Part shown: one piece after another, positions 54,043 to 64,000 of the stretch
Position numbering within the stretch: the stretch's first letter is position 1
Layout of the letters: each line of letters opens with the position of its first letter
Source: Octopus bimaculoides
Lineage: Eukaryota
Direction: 5' to 3'
Assembly: GCF_001194135.2 (NCBI RefSeq)
Contig: NC_068982.1
Coordinates: forward strand, 109,102,177-109,166,176
Length of the DNA: 64,000 nt
The notes under the pieces: generated by a model
What the model saw: the letters and a program-made list of their open reading frames with translations, nothing else
Database searches by the model: none
What the model was told of the DNA's origin: nothing
Position numbers and translations under genes: made by a program

Positions 54043-54999
54043 ATCATCATTATCATCATCGTTTAACGTCTGTTTTCCATGCTGGCATGGGTTGGACGGT
54101 TTGACTGGGGACTGACAAGCCAGGGCGCGACACCAGGCTCCAATCTGATCTGGCAATGTTTCTACAGCTGGATGTCCTTCCTAACATCAACCACTCCAAG
54201 AGTGTAGTTGGTGCTTTTTACGTGCCACTGGCACGGGAGCCAGTCAGGTGGCACTGGCATCAGCCACGTTCAGATGGTGCTTTTTACATGCCACTGGCAC
54301 AGGAACTAGTTGGGGCAGGGTGGAGCAGCATCGACCATGTTCGGATGGTGCTTTTTATGTGCCACCAGCATGAGGGAGCCAGTCAGGCAGCTCTGGCAGT
54401 GACCCATGCATGAATGGTGCTTATTGTGTGCCATCAGCACTGGTAACAGCCACAACTACAATTTCCATTTGATTGTGATATGATCTGATTTTGATGTACT
54501 TGACTCAATAGGTCTCCTCAAGCACAGAATGTCACCCGACGATTCAAAGTACTTTTTAAATGGGCTGGTTATGCAACACTGGTGTAGGCTACAGCTGTGA
54601 TCTCACTTTCCTTGCCTGGTCTTCTCAATCACAGCATATCTCCAGAGGTCTCAGTCTTTCATCATTGCCTCTGAGGCCCAACATTCGTAGGTCATGCTTC
54701 ACCACCTCATCCCATGTCTTTCTGTGTCTCCCTCTTCTATGGGTTCCTTCCATTGTTAGGGAGTGACACTTCTTCACACAGCTCTCCTCATCCATACCTA
54801 GTACATGACCATACCAGTGCAGTCGTCTCTCTTGCACACAACATCTGATGCTTTTTATGTCCAACATTTCTCTCAGGGCAGTTACACTCTGTCGAGTGTG
54901 ACATTACACATCCAGCGGATCATACTAGCTTCATTTCTTTCGAGCCTATGCATGTCTTCAGCAGTCATGGCCCATGTTTCACTGCTGTGTAGCATGGCA
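54043..54999 (-). mobile_element. 5'-truncated RTE LINE copy with (GAT)n tail
   Basis: CVQERRLHWYGHVLGMDEESCVKKC...GRHRKTWDEVVKHDLR; 3' UTR shared with 21930-22400. Confidence 0.88.
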
Positions 55000-55346
55000 A
55001 TATATATATGTGAAGAAATGTCACAGATTTAAATTTAGTAATTACAGCACATATGTATATGATACATATATAATACAAAATGACATTAAAATGCCAATCC
55101 AAAACTGAAGAAAAGACGAACATGAGCAAAGAACTCTCATAAACATGAAAGATGAAGTTATTTGCAGTGGGAATTGAACTTTGAGCATTAAGAGGCATAG
55201 TGAAAGCATTTTGTCTGGAGTAAAGATTTTTGCCAATATAACATGACAGTCCTGGTTTAGCACGAATGTTGCTCCAGCTGGCTATACGACATGATCTGTG
55301 TCCTTATATTTTTGAACAAGAGAATCTAGCACCCCAACTCAGCTCT

Positions 55347-55408
55347 AACCAATAACTGTGTATCGCGATTTCCGGGTTATTTCCCTTCATCAGCACAGAA
55401 TAATTGTT
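55347..55408 (-). ncRNA. Type I hammerhead ribozyme motif (HHR1)
   Basis: Minus strand reads CUGUG-CUGAUGA-A-GGG-AAAUAA-CCC-G-GAAA-UCGCG-AUA-CACAG. Stem I is CUGUG/CACAG, stem II is GGG/CCC, stem III is the palindrome AUCGCGAU. Predicted cleavage after AUA (55361/55360). The pair at the base of stem II is a non-canonical A.G. Confidence 0.8.
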
Positions 55409-55418
55409 CGGCCAGAGG

Positions 55419-57236
55419 TATATTCTTTATTACAGGCACAAGGCCTAAACATAGAGGGGACATACACAGACATGCGAGAACAAAACACACATGAAAGGAT
55501 GGATGTAAAATGAATTAAATTACAATGACGAGACAAATATCTCACGCCCCCTCCAAGATGAAACCATGAATTCCTTTTTCCTTTAAAACTTTACATTTTA
55601 AATAACAATTTCCAGCCCCGTTCTGAGGCAAAACTGCGACTTTCCTTTTCGTTTTCACCTTACAATTTTAAAGGAAACATTTTTAAACAAATGTTCATTC
55701 ATATAGTTACTGGATTTACTTTTCTTTTTCTTTTTTTTAAACCAAAAAGTTTAACCAAATGTTTTTCTCAGTCTTTCACAGTCTTTAAAATAAACCATGA
55801 CTCAGCACTTCATCTTCTCCTTTTCGTCCACATAATTCACCACTGAGGTGCAAGGTTCAACATCCACCTCCAGCCTCAGCGGGTTCATTCTTTCATAATG
55901 TCTTTCAATTTTGAAATTCTTTTAACTTTTAGGGTGTTCTACTTCATTTAAAAATCTTGCTTCTGTTTGTATCTTGCATGTCTGTTTTTTTTGGCTCTGT
56001 ATTTCTGTAATTCTTGGCTTCCCTGTGATTATGTCTGTGTGTTTGTGTGCTCGTTTGACTGTAATTCTGCGTGTTTCATCTGTGTGTCTATGTCTTTAGG
56101 TTTCCGTAATACTGAATTATCTTGTTTCTATTCGTCTATACTTCTGTGTTTTTGCATGTCTATGTGTTTGAGTGTCTGTGGGTCTGAATGTTTCTGTACC
56201 TGTAAGTCCTTTACTGATGATCCTACTGGTAAATCTTTCCCATTTCTCGTCGTAGGTTGGGTTTCCTCTTCTGTTGCTTTGTACTTCTTCAATTCCACTT
56301 TCGTTGGTGACTTACTCCTCTCTCTTTTTCTTGCTTTCACCTCCGTAAAATACCCGTCTTGGTCTGTTATCTGTTTCTGCTGTCTCTCTACCATTATATT
56401 CTCCTGAATACTCTTCTCTACACTTTCCACTGCTGCTCTAGGTCATTTCTTTCTCAATTGACCTCTTTCACCACATTCGTAACACTTTGGGAGTCTCCCC
56501 TCCAACATTATCTCCAGCTCTTCTTCATTTGGTAACTCTAAAGTTTCAGGTATTTCATTGTAATATTTCGGGTTCACTGCACAAATTATCTCTAATCTGT
56601 AGCCCCATCACTTCACTTGTTGGGTTCGGCTTATCATGCCCATCCTCACCTCTTTGCTTTCTCTCCTCATCTCTGAATAAAAAATCGCTGCTATTATTCA
56701 CTCTGGTTCTATCGATGGTGGGATTCTTCCCACCCTAATTCTGACAATTCTTCTGTCCAAACAGTTTGGCATCAAAGTCCATTTTTCTTCCTGTTTCAGC
56801 CTGTTTGTTAGAGGCCTTTTCTGCCTCTTCTTCCACTGTCGACACATATCTCTTTCCTCTCGTAAAGAATGTTATGTTGTCTCCTATATGTTCTTCCAAA
56901 ATTTCTTCTATTTCTTCCTGCAGTGTGTGTTCAGTTCTTCTATTTTTATTCAAAAAATGTTCCGAATATGACCGTCTTCTTTTCCATTTTCACTTTGCCC
57001 TCCTCTTGCAGGGTCATTTTTATATTTGACCCTTCCTTCTCTACCATACTACTATATTTCTTTATCAGCTCTCCATTCCACTGTAACATCTCCTGTTTCA
57101 GCACACGTGGAAGTAGGGGAACTTGATCTCCAGTCGCTTCTGCATAACTTCTCATTTTTCTCAGTTATTCACCACCACCCAACAATGGTGGCCTCGCACC
57201 AAAAATTCAGCCAGAGCTCCCCAAAAAACAAAAAAT
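55419..57236 (-). mobile_element. ORF1/gag-only non-LTR retrotransposon derivative (decayed), with CCHC knuckle relic
   Basis: Frameshifted ORF from ATG 57155 to about 55800, including LEGRLPKCYECGERGQLRKK* at 56484-56443 (CX2CX4[H>Q]X4[C>stop]). AATAAA near the 3' end (55431-55426). 15-bp TSD at 55404-55418 / 57237-57251. No RT or endonuclease motif is recognisable. Confidence 0.75.
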
Positions 57237-57531
57237 TTGTTTGGCTATAGGAAGCACTGCTAAATTCCCATTCGAAATATATAGTTTTCAAAGTGACAAC
57301 TAGTCACTGATCTATAGATTAGAAAATTACTGTTTTTAAATCTCACAACGAGAGATATTCAGCAACAGTACTTTGGAGTAAAGATTTTTGCCAACATAAC
57401 ATGACAGCCCTGGTTTAGCACGAATATTGTTGTAATTTAGTCCCAAGAGACATCTTCTCCAGCTGGCTATACGACACGATCTGTGTCCTTATATTTTTGA
57501 ACAAGAGAATCTAGCACCCCAACTCAGCTCA

Positions 57532-57594
57532 AAACAATATCTATGTATTGTGATTTCCAGGTTATTTCCCTTCATCAGCACAGAATAATTGTTT
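57532..57594 (-). ncRNA. Type I hammerhead ribozyme motif (HHR2, more decayed)
   Basis: Minus strand reads AAACAAU-UAUU-CUGUG-CUGAUGA-AGGGAAAUAACCUG-GAAA-UCACA-AUA-CAUAG-AU-AUUGUUU, with an extended stem I. The stem III palindrome is broken by two CpG-type transitions. Confidence 0.7.
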
Positions 57595-58479
57595 GGCTAG
57601 AGGTGGCACTGCCAAATTCCCATTCAAAATATATAGTTGGCAAAAATCTTTACTCCAAAGTACTGTTGCTGAATATCTCTTGTTGTGAGATTTAAAAATA
57701 GCATTTTGTCTGTCTACTAAATCTGCTAATCCACCTTCCAACTTTATTCAGCACATGAGCATACAAAAGAACAAGATTTAACTCCTGTCTAGAAAATAAT
57801 GATGGGTAAAAATCATTGTGCTCCGTTGTTTGTCACTGGGAAGTCATTGACTGTAAACTTATTCAAGTGTTGCAATAAATTCATGAAGCATTACATTGTC
57901 TTACATAACATACATAATAATTAGAATTACTAGTTAATGAGCATGTCTCTGTGTAGCCACTTGATCTACTAGAAACAACAGCCAAATCTCCTTCCTCTCA
58001 CTAATACCTTGTACAGAATGGACACATTAGAAAGTTATGTAGATATGCATTTATATATAAAATAATGATGTGTATAACATAATTATGTGTATAACATCAT
58101 TATACACATATGAAAAAAACTTCTCAAAGAGACTTGTATACTTAAATACGCAGGGCTTGCTTAGACTGTCATTGGCACATTGTCAGATAGTGTTTTGACT
58201 TGACCTGGTCCTCCTCATTAACAAAAGATCCCCCAGATGTTCTGAGTTAAGTAAAAAAAAATGTTCATTCAAATATAGAAATAAACGAACCATTCAGTGA
58301 TTTGTGTGAAAGCTGGCCAGGCTAAAATTAAATCAATAAACACACTTGAAACAGCATTAGATTAAAATAATAAAAATAGCTCTGTGTATAACATTTATAA
58401 TGCATAAACAGACACATATGGGTGCAAGTGTGGCTGTGTGGTTAAGTTTACTTCCTAACTATATGGATTTAGGTTCATT

Positions 58480-58800
58480 CCTACTGCATGGCATGTTAAA
58501 CAAGTGTCTTCTACGATAACCTTGTGAATGGATTTGGTAGATGGAAACTGAAAGAAGCCCATCTTGTGCGTGTGTGCATGTTAGTGTACATATGTATGTT
58601 TGTATCGCCTTGTCTTGACATTAACTGGTAGTTGTATATGAGTGTCTGTCATACAAGCAGTGTTATTAATTTCTAATATTCTGCAAAAATATATTTGGCT
58701 CTGTGGAAATATTACCATACTTGGAAATAGGTGAGAGCTGGTAACAGGAAGGGCATCCAGCCACAGGAGGAATTTAAAACAACGGTGATAGAAACATGGA
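58480..58800 (+). mobile_element. tRNA-derived SINE family A
   Basis: gtggctgtgtggttaag...ggttcattcc...ggatttggtagatggaaactgaaagaagccc. Confidence 0.7.
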
Positions 58801-60544
58801 ATGGCACTAGCTGTGATATTTTGTCTCAGATAAACTTCTCAATGCAACTTTCAAGTCCCTATATTGATTTCATTTTAGCCTGGCCAGCTTTTGCACAAAT
58901 CAGTGAATGTCTTGTTTGCTAATACTCTATATTGGAATTCAGCTTAGGTCAGAATGTTTGAAAGTGTTTACCATTGAGGGGATCAGTTGAGGTTGAAATA
59001 CCTTGTCTAATAATCTGATGATAACATTCTGAGACAACCCTGTGTACTTTAAAACACAAGTCTCTTTAAGAAGTTTCCCTGAGACTGAGTATCATAGCTA
59101 ATGATGGTTCTACATTTGTATATAAATATAATACTCATCATTAATTTAATTTAATGCTGTTTCAAGTACATGTGTGTATTACACACGCGCGCGCACACAC
59201 ACACACACAAACACACACACATCTTCTGGGTGAAAAAGATGGAATGGTCATGGCTAAAATGCCTTTGAACATATGTCTGCTGGATTAGAGTTGAACTGGT
59301 ACTTGGACAACAAAATAACTAAGATTATTAAGCAAATGAGGTTATTGAGAGAACAATTAAATCTGAAAAACCAATCTGAATATGCTAGAAGGACTCAGTA
59401 TAAATCAGCTTACATTAAATGCCTAAATACTTTTTCTGCAGCCATAAAACAGTAAAAGTTTTGTTACATTTCCTTTGTTACTGGAAGCTTTTTATTGTCT
59501 TATTAAAGACATAACTACATAGTTTTTGTCATAAGTGTTTTATGGCTGGATACTCAGTTTCTTTCTGTTGTTAACCATTCATCTCATGTGTGCACAGTCG
59601 CAAATGTTCAGTCATCTGAGTGAAGCAAACATTGCAAAATTTAACTTTTAAGCTTAGTATTTCACTATTGTTGCATGTATCTATAAGTGGTTGGTTTATT
59701 AAACATAGTAGTCCAATATTGATGTATATATCTATAAGTGGTTTTTGTTTACGGAATTCTCTTTCCAATAATATTATATACATTTTTCTGTTTTACAGTC
59801 ATTCTTGTTTAGACCAAGGTTGACATTGATTGAGCTAGCCTGTGATGAAAGATTTCCCAGCAGTAGTTTTACCCATCTTTGTACATAACTAAGGCTATGT
59901 TACCCAATGTTAAAACAACGGGAGAGATTTAGGCTCTGTTTCTTACTGGTGGAGTCACCAATATATAGCCTCTTCTATTGGCTTGTGATTGAGCTGTATG
60001 TACTTCTACATAATGCCTAACTATAGCCTAAAGATTGGCCCATCAAAGAAAAAATGTATTTTCCACTAACATAGCACAACACCAAAAATGGAGTACACAC
60101 CATTATATCCTTCATTAGTTAGGATGCTCTCCTCTTTCCTATAAGTCAAGCTGTAATTGAGACTGCTGGGTATGATACAGAACAATTGTCCAAACTGAAT
60201 GTTCTTTATATTTAGATGAAGGACCACTTAAAAGAAAAAAATATACAGAAACTTGAGCTGACACATTAGTACTTGTTAAATACAGTCTATAGGATACATT
60301 AGGATTTAGTATTCATTGCGCATGATATTGATATGCTAACTATTGACTGTAGTCATGGAATCATTATTATATTGTGTATAGTTTTACTACATTACATAAA
60401 TACTGCTATTTTTATTCTAGCTCTATACTAACAACGCCGTTTTATGACTAATGCACTTACACTTAGGTAATAGTTTAATAATGTACTTCATTTACTACTT
60501 TATTTTTGGCAATCTTTTATTTATTTATTTATTTTTATATTCAG

Positions 60545-60627
60545 GGAAACAAATTTGAAAGTGCGGCAAGCTCTTATTGAGACTGCTGAAATGGGTGATG
60601 ATCTAGAGCAGTTGTCCAAATTGAATG
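60545..60627 (+). CDS. ATP8B: P4-ATPase exon (G)ETNLKVRQALIETAEMGDDLEQLSKLN(G); completes the DGET phosphatase motif
   Basis: ttcag acceptor, G|gtaaat donor, 83 nt, phase 2->1. Confidence 0.96.
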
Positions 60628-61430
60628 GTAAATTTTTTAATTGTTATCTAATGTGAACATTCATCAGCTTTTTTTTTTTAATAACTCGGTCTCACAGAAA
60701 ACTTCTGGCTTCCCTCTTCCTTTGCTAGGTTCTGTAATGATAAAATATTTCTGTGTTTGTCATCAGTGTGATGATTTGGTTGAGTTGAAGAACACAAATT
60801 GCATTGAGATTTTAAATAAAAAAATGTTCATATTATTAGCAACTATATATTATCATTACTTCAGATGACAGGAAAGGTATTTACACCAAGTCAGTTTAAA
60901 GTTTGCATGAGATGCTGTTGTGGTTGAGATTGACAATAGCTGTGTTGTTGAAAGTTGGGGTTACAGAGCTACTTTCTTCAGATCACAAATATTGTATGTG
61001 TGGTGTTGCTGTGTCATCACCACCATTATCATTGTTTTCTAGTGAATTTGATGCTATGACCAAGCATCTGTCACTACTGCTTTTGGACTCTACTCTGCTG
61101 GTTAGTGGCAGGAAAAAATTCTATTTATATTGTGGATTGTTCAAGAAAAATAGGTATGAAAAAGCAACTTACTGATAAGATCCTGTTTTCCAGATGTACC
61201 AGAGTGGTCAGTTTTCTTTTTAGTGATGTCAGTAATAATTGGGCAAATTGCTTTCATGTTCTTTAGTTGTTTTTGTTCAGATACAGTGATCTGGGATCAA
61301 TATTTAGGTGTTTTTGAACTGCCAAATATTCCTCCTTCAGTTCCTTCATAACCAGGTTGAATTGTCAAAAAATGTGAATAAGTTAGTATTGGCAAAAGCA
61401 TGGCTGGGTAGTAAAAAAGTTTGCTTCCCA

Positions 61431-63332
61431 ACTGACCATCGACCATTACTATCAATTTTTGGATCAAAGAAGGGATTGCCTACCAATACAGTGAACCAAC
61501 TACAATGTTGGGGTACAATATTGCTGAACTACAATTTTAAAATACAGTGTATTCTGTCGAAGAAAATTGGTCATGCAGACTGCTTATTGAGGCTAATTCC
61601 CAAGAGTGTGGAACCACTAGAATAGACCATGATAGCATCATTGCAGTCAGAAAGTGAAATAAGAAGTATTGTGTGTAATATAATTCAGGAACCGCCGGTG
61701 ACAGTGCCTGATATAAAAAGTGAAATCCGTAGAGAATAGTTACAGTATAAGAATGAAAGAAACATTGAAAAATAAGCATAATAAAAATACAAATTCAAAT
61801 AATTTCTCACTATGCAACGATGTCTTAATGTTCACGCAGAGAGTAGTACCAAGTGCACTACAGAAATGAGTATTGCAACAATTCCACTGTGGGCATCCAG
61901 GAATGTCTAGAATGAAAGCTTTAATGAGGAACTTTGTATATTGGCCGACTATGGACAGGGACATTGAGAAATTGGTGAAAGCATGTAGAGGTTGTGTGTT
62001 GGCAACCAAAGCACCACCAGTAAAATGCCAATTGTGGCCGGAGATTGAGAGCCCATGGTCCAGGATACATATGGACTACGCTGGACCAGTGAATGGTGCC
62101 TACTATCTAATTGTGGATAGCTATAGAAAGTGGTCAAAGGTATGCAGATGTAATAAACCCACTCTTACTCAAGTTATTTGCTTGATACAGTGTACTGGAC
62201 ACGTAAGTTTCAGATAATGGAACACATTTCGTGGGATATGAATTAAGAAATTTCTACAAAATACATGCTATAAAGCACATCTTTACCCTGCCCTACCACC
62301 TGAGGTCAAATGGGCAAGCGGAAAGATTTGTCGACATGTTCAAAAGAGCTCTAAAACTAGGCACTTATGAAATTTTTGAGAGTATATAGAATAATACCAA
62401 ATCCAAATACTAATTCAGGCAAGTCACCAGCAGAGTTAATGTTTGCGCGTAAAATAAAATCAATCTTCGATAAATTATTGCCGGGAAAAAATACATATAA
62501 TGAAGACAAAAAATACATTTGAAGGAAATATAAGAAATATTACAAAACATTTCGAAGTAGGAGATAAAGTTCATTTTAAAAATTACAAAAATGGTAAAGA
62601 AGGTTGGGAGGATGGCTATGTAATCAAAAGATTAGGGAATATGATGCATTTAATTAAAGGACAACATTCGGAACATAAGAGACATCTTAACCAGTTAAAG
62701 ATGAGACATACAAAAGTATGAAGGGTAATACCAATGGAAGTCTTTTATGATATGTTTGAAGTGCCAGCATCGAGAGGTATTGAACCCTGTAGAACTAGCT
62801 TCAGAAAAAGGAAAACACTGAATATCTGGAAGTAATACCTAAACGAAAAAATTATTAAATTTCCCCCCCCCCCCAAAAAAAACAAGAGTGCTTAGTACAA
62901 CAAAAAGAAAAAGTGCTGTGTGCAATAAACAATACAACCTTAAAAGTCAAGCAACAATTAAGATACAGCAGCTAAAAAAAAAAGATGGAGGGGTGCTGGA
63001 TAGAAAAAGAAATGATAAAAGAAATTCCATATTCGCATAGTAGTCGAAATCTCAGAAGGGGAGATATTGTGATGCGAGTTGCAATGCTCCCTTGTGAGAG
63101 ATAGACTGGTCCAAATAAAGTATAAATAGGAACAATCTGAGTGAGTTCAAGGTTCAGAGTTTGGAGTCAAGTGAAGTTCGTGTTAGTTTGCAGTGAAGTT
63201 GGAAGGTGTCGGTTGGTTAGTTCACAAGGAATATTGATTGTTCGTTTGTAAAGAGATTTGTTAGTTTGTTACATGGATTTTACTATTGTCTGGTTAACTT
63301 ATTTATTGTATGTAACAAATTATATTACAACA
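61431..63332 (+). mobile_element. Ty3/Gypsy LTR retrotransposon 3' remnant (RNase H end, integrase, PPT, 3' LTR)
   Basis: TDHRPLLSIFG, HADCLLRL, zinc-binding HCGHPG...VYWP.MDRDIEKLVKACRGC, PWSRIHMDYAGP, YH..SNGQAERFV..FK; stops and frameshifts. Confidence 0.92.
63068..63332 (+). repeat. Probable 3' LTR (TGT...ACA)
   Basis: Follows the purine tract agaaggggaga (about 63054-63064), starts TGT and ends ACA. No matching 5' LTR is in the window. Confidence 0.55.
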
Positions 63333-63496
63333 GTTTTAGATCTGCTCTGCCTTATATCTCAAGATACTGGACTGAAAGAAAATTGAAATGATAGCTTCTA
63401 GTGAGCCATGCAAGCTTTCAAGAGAGTCTGTTCCCAGTGTGCTTATAATTTGTACTCCTCCAATGCATCTATCATACTAGTCTGCTTGTGATTCCA

Positions 63497-63585
63497 CTAA
63501 TTTCTCGTGTGTCCATAGCTTACATTGAGTACAGCATATCCTTTTCTGCACATGGAACAAGGCCATTTCCCCAAAGGTACCAGGG
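63497..63585 (-). mobile_element. RTE LINE fragment (Cys-rich finger region)
   Basis: gtgtccatagcttacattgagtaca is near-identical to 23248-23272; encodes ...CCTQCKLWTH. Confidence 0.65.
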
Positions 63586-63685
63586 TCCTCTCTTTTTTTC
63601 CTACTGTTACTGTTATAATGTATTGTATGATCAATCTCCATTTCTTTGCCCCATGTCTTCCTGGCTCTGTTATAAGTTATTTGAC

Positions 63686-64000
63686 TTCGTCGTCGTCGTT
63701 TAACGTCCGCTTTCCATGCTAGCATGGGTTGGAAGGTTTGACTGAGGACTGGTGAAACCAGAAGACTGCACCAGGCTCCAATATGATTTGGCAGAGTTTC
63801 TACAGCTGGATGCCCTTCCTAACGCCAACCACTCAGAGAGTGTAGTGGGTGCTTTTACGTGTCACCCGCACGAAGGCCAGTCAGGCGGTACTGGCAACGG
63901 CCACGCTCATCTCGCTCGAAAAACCTCATGTGTCACCCACACAAGAGCCAGTCCAGGGGCACCGGCAACGATCTCGCTTGAAAATCCTACGACAACCCCA
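63686..64000 (-). mobile_element. RTE LINE 3' terminus (runs off the window end)
   Basis: cgtcgtcgtttaacgtccgctttccatgctagcatgggttgg... is homologous to 54055-54400. Confidence 0.8.

Larger units (their letters stand above)
55216..57699 (-). mobile_element. Hammerhead-bearing tandem retroelement (retrozyme / Penelope pLTR-type), 352-bp unit, with 5' inversion; interrupted by a LINE derivative
   Basis: Direct repeats at 55216-55418 and about 57372-57602. Period 352 bp (gcactgc at 57254 and 57606). 64-bp inverted copy at 57637-57700 of 57331-57394 (2 mismatches). Flanking duplication AGCATTTTGTC(TG) at 55205 and 57700. Confidence 0.85.
4019..60627 (+). other. ATP8B: Partial gene span: P4-ATPase phospholipid flippase, ATP8B class (5' portion; continues past the window end)
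   Basis: GT-AG exons splice in frame to ...ELERRIKVNNAEYNLQFGYA|[38 protein letters not shown]|FIPPISSL...DDV|QRHRSDNQVNNR...VGDIIRMENNQFVA|[24 protein letters not shown]|ETNLKVRQAL. This is the typical ATP8B N-terminus, TM1-2 and A-domain (DGET). The paralogue number cannot be assigned. Confidence 0.95.

Noticed and set aside
1-64000. CRISPR arrays, rRNA or true tRNA genes, prokaryotic operons
   Set aside because: None seen; tRNA-like A/B boxes belong to SINE heads and do not form complete cloverleafs.

Overview
AT-rich, microsatellite- and retroelement-dense eukaryotic DNA with several N gaps. The repeat landscape suggests a cephalopod (Octopus-like) genome, which is inference. Almost all ORFs in the six-frame track are spurious. 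One host gene spans the window on the + strand: the 5' part of an ATP8B-class P4-ATPase (phospholipid flippase). Its coding exons lie at 31847, 36867, 39631/44360, 49378, 52477 and 60545 (DGET motif), and the gene continues beyond the window. Three things stand out. (1) Two homologous 99-nt exons each encode the TM1-2 loop plus TM2 and are candidate mutually exclusive exons; there are also two candidate alternative N-terminal exons. (2) An intronic, antisense tandem repeat with a 352-bp period carries type I hammerhead ribozymes (retrozyme/Penelope-type) and has a TSD and a 5' inversion. An ORF1-only (CCHC knuckle) LINE derivative has inserted into it with its own 15-bp TSD. (3) Further hammerhead relics occur, including one in a 329-bp-period repeat just downstream of the second TM2 exon. 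The introns also hold a near-full-length decayed RTE LINE, CR1-like, RLE-type and Gypsy remnants, and two tRNA-derived SINE families.
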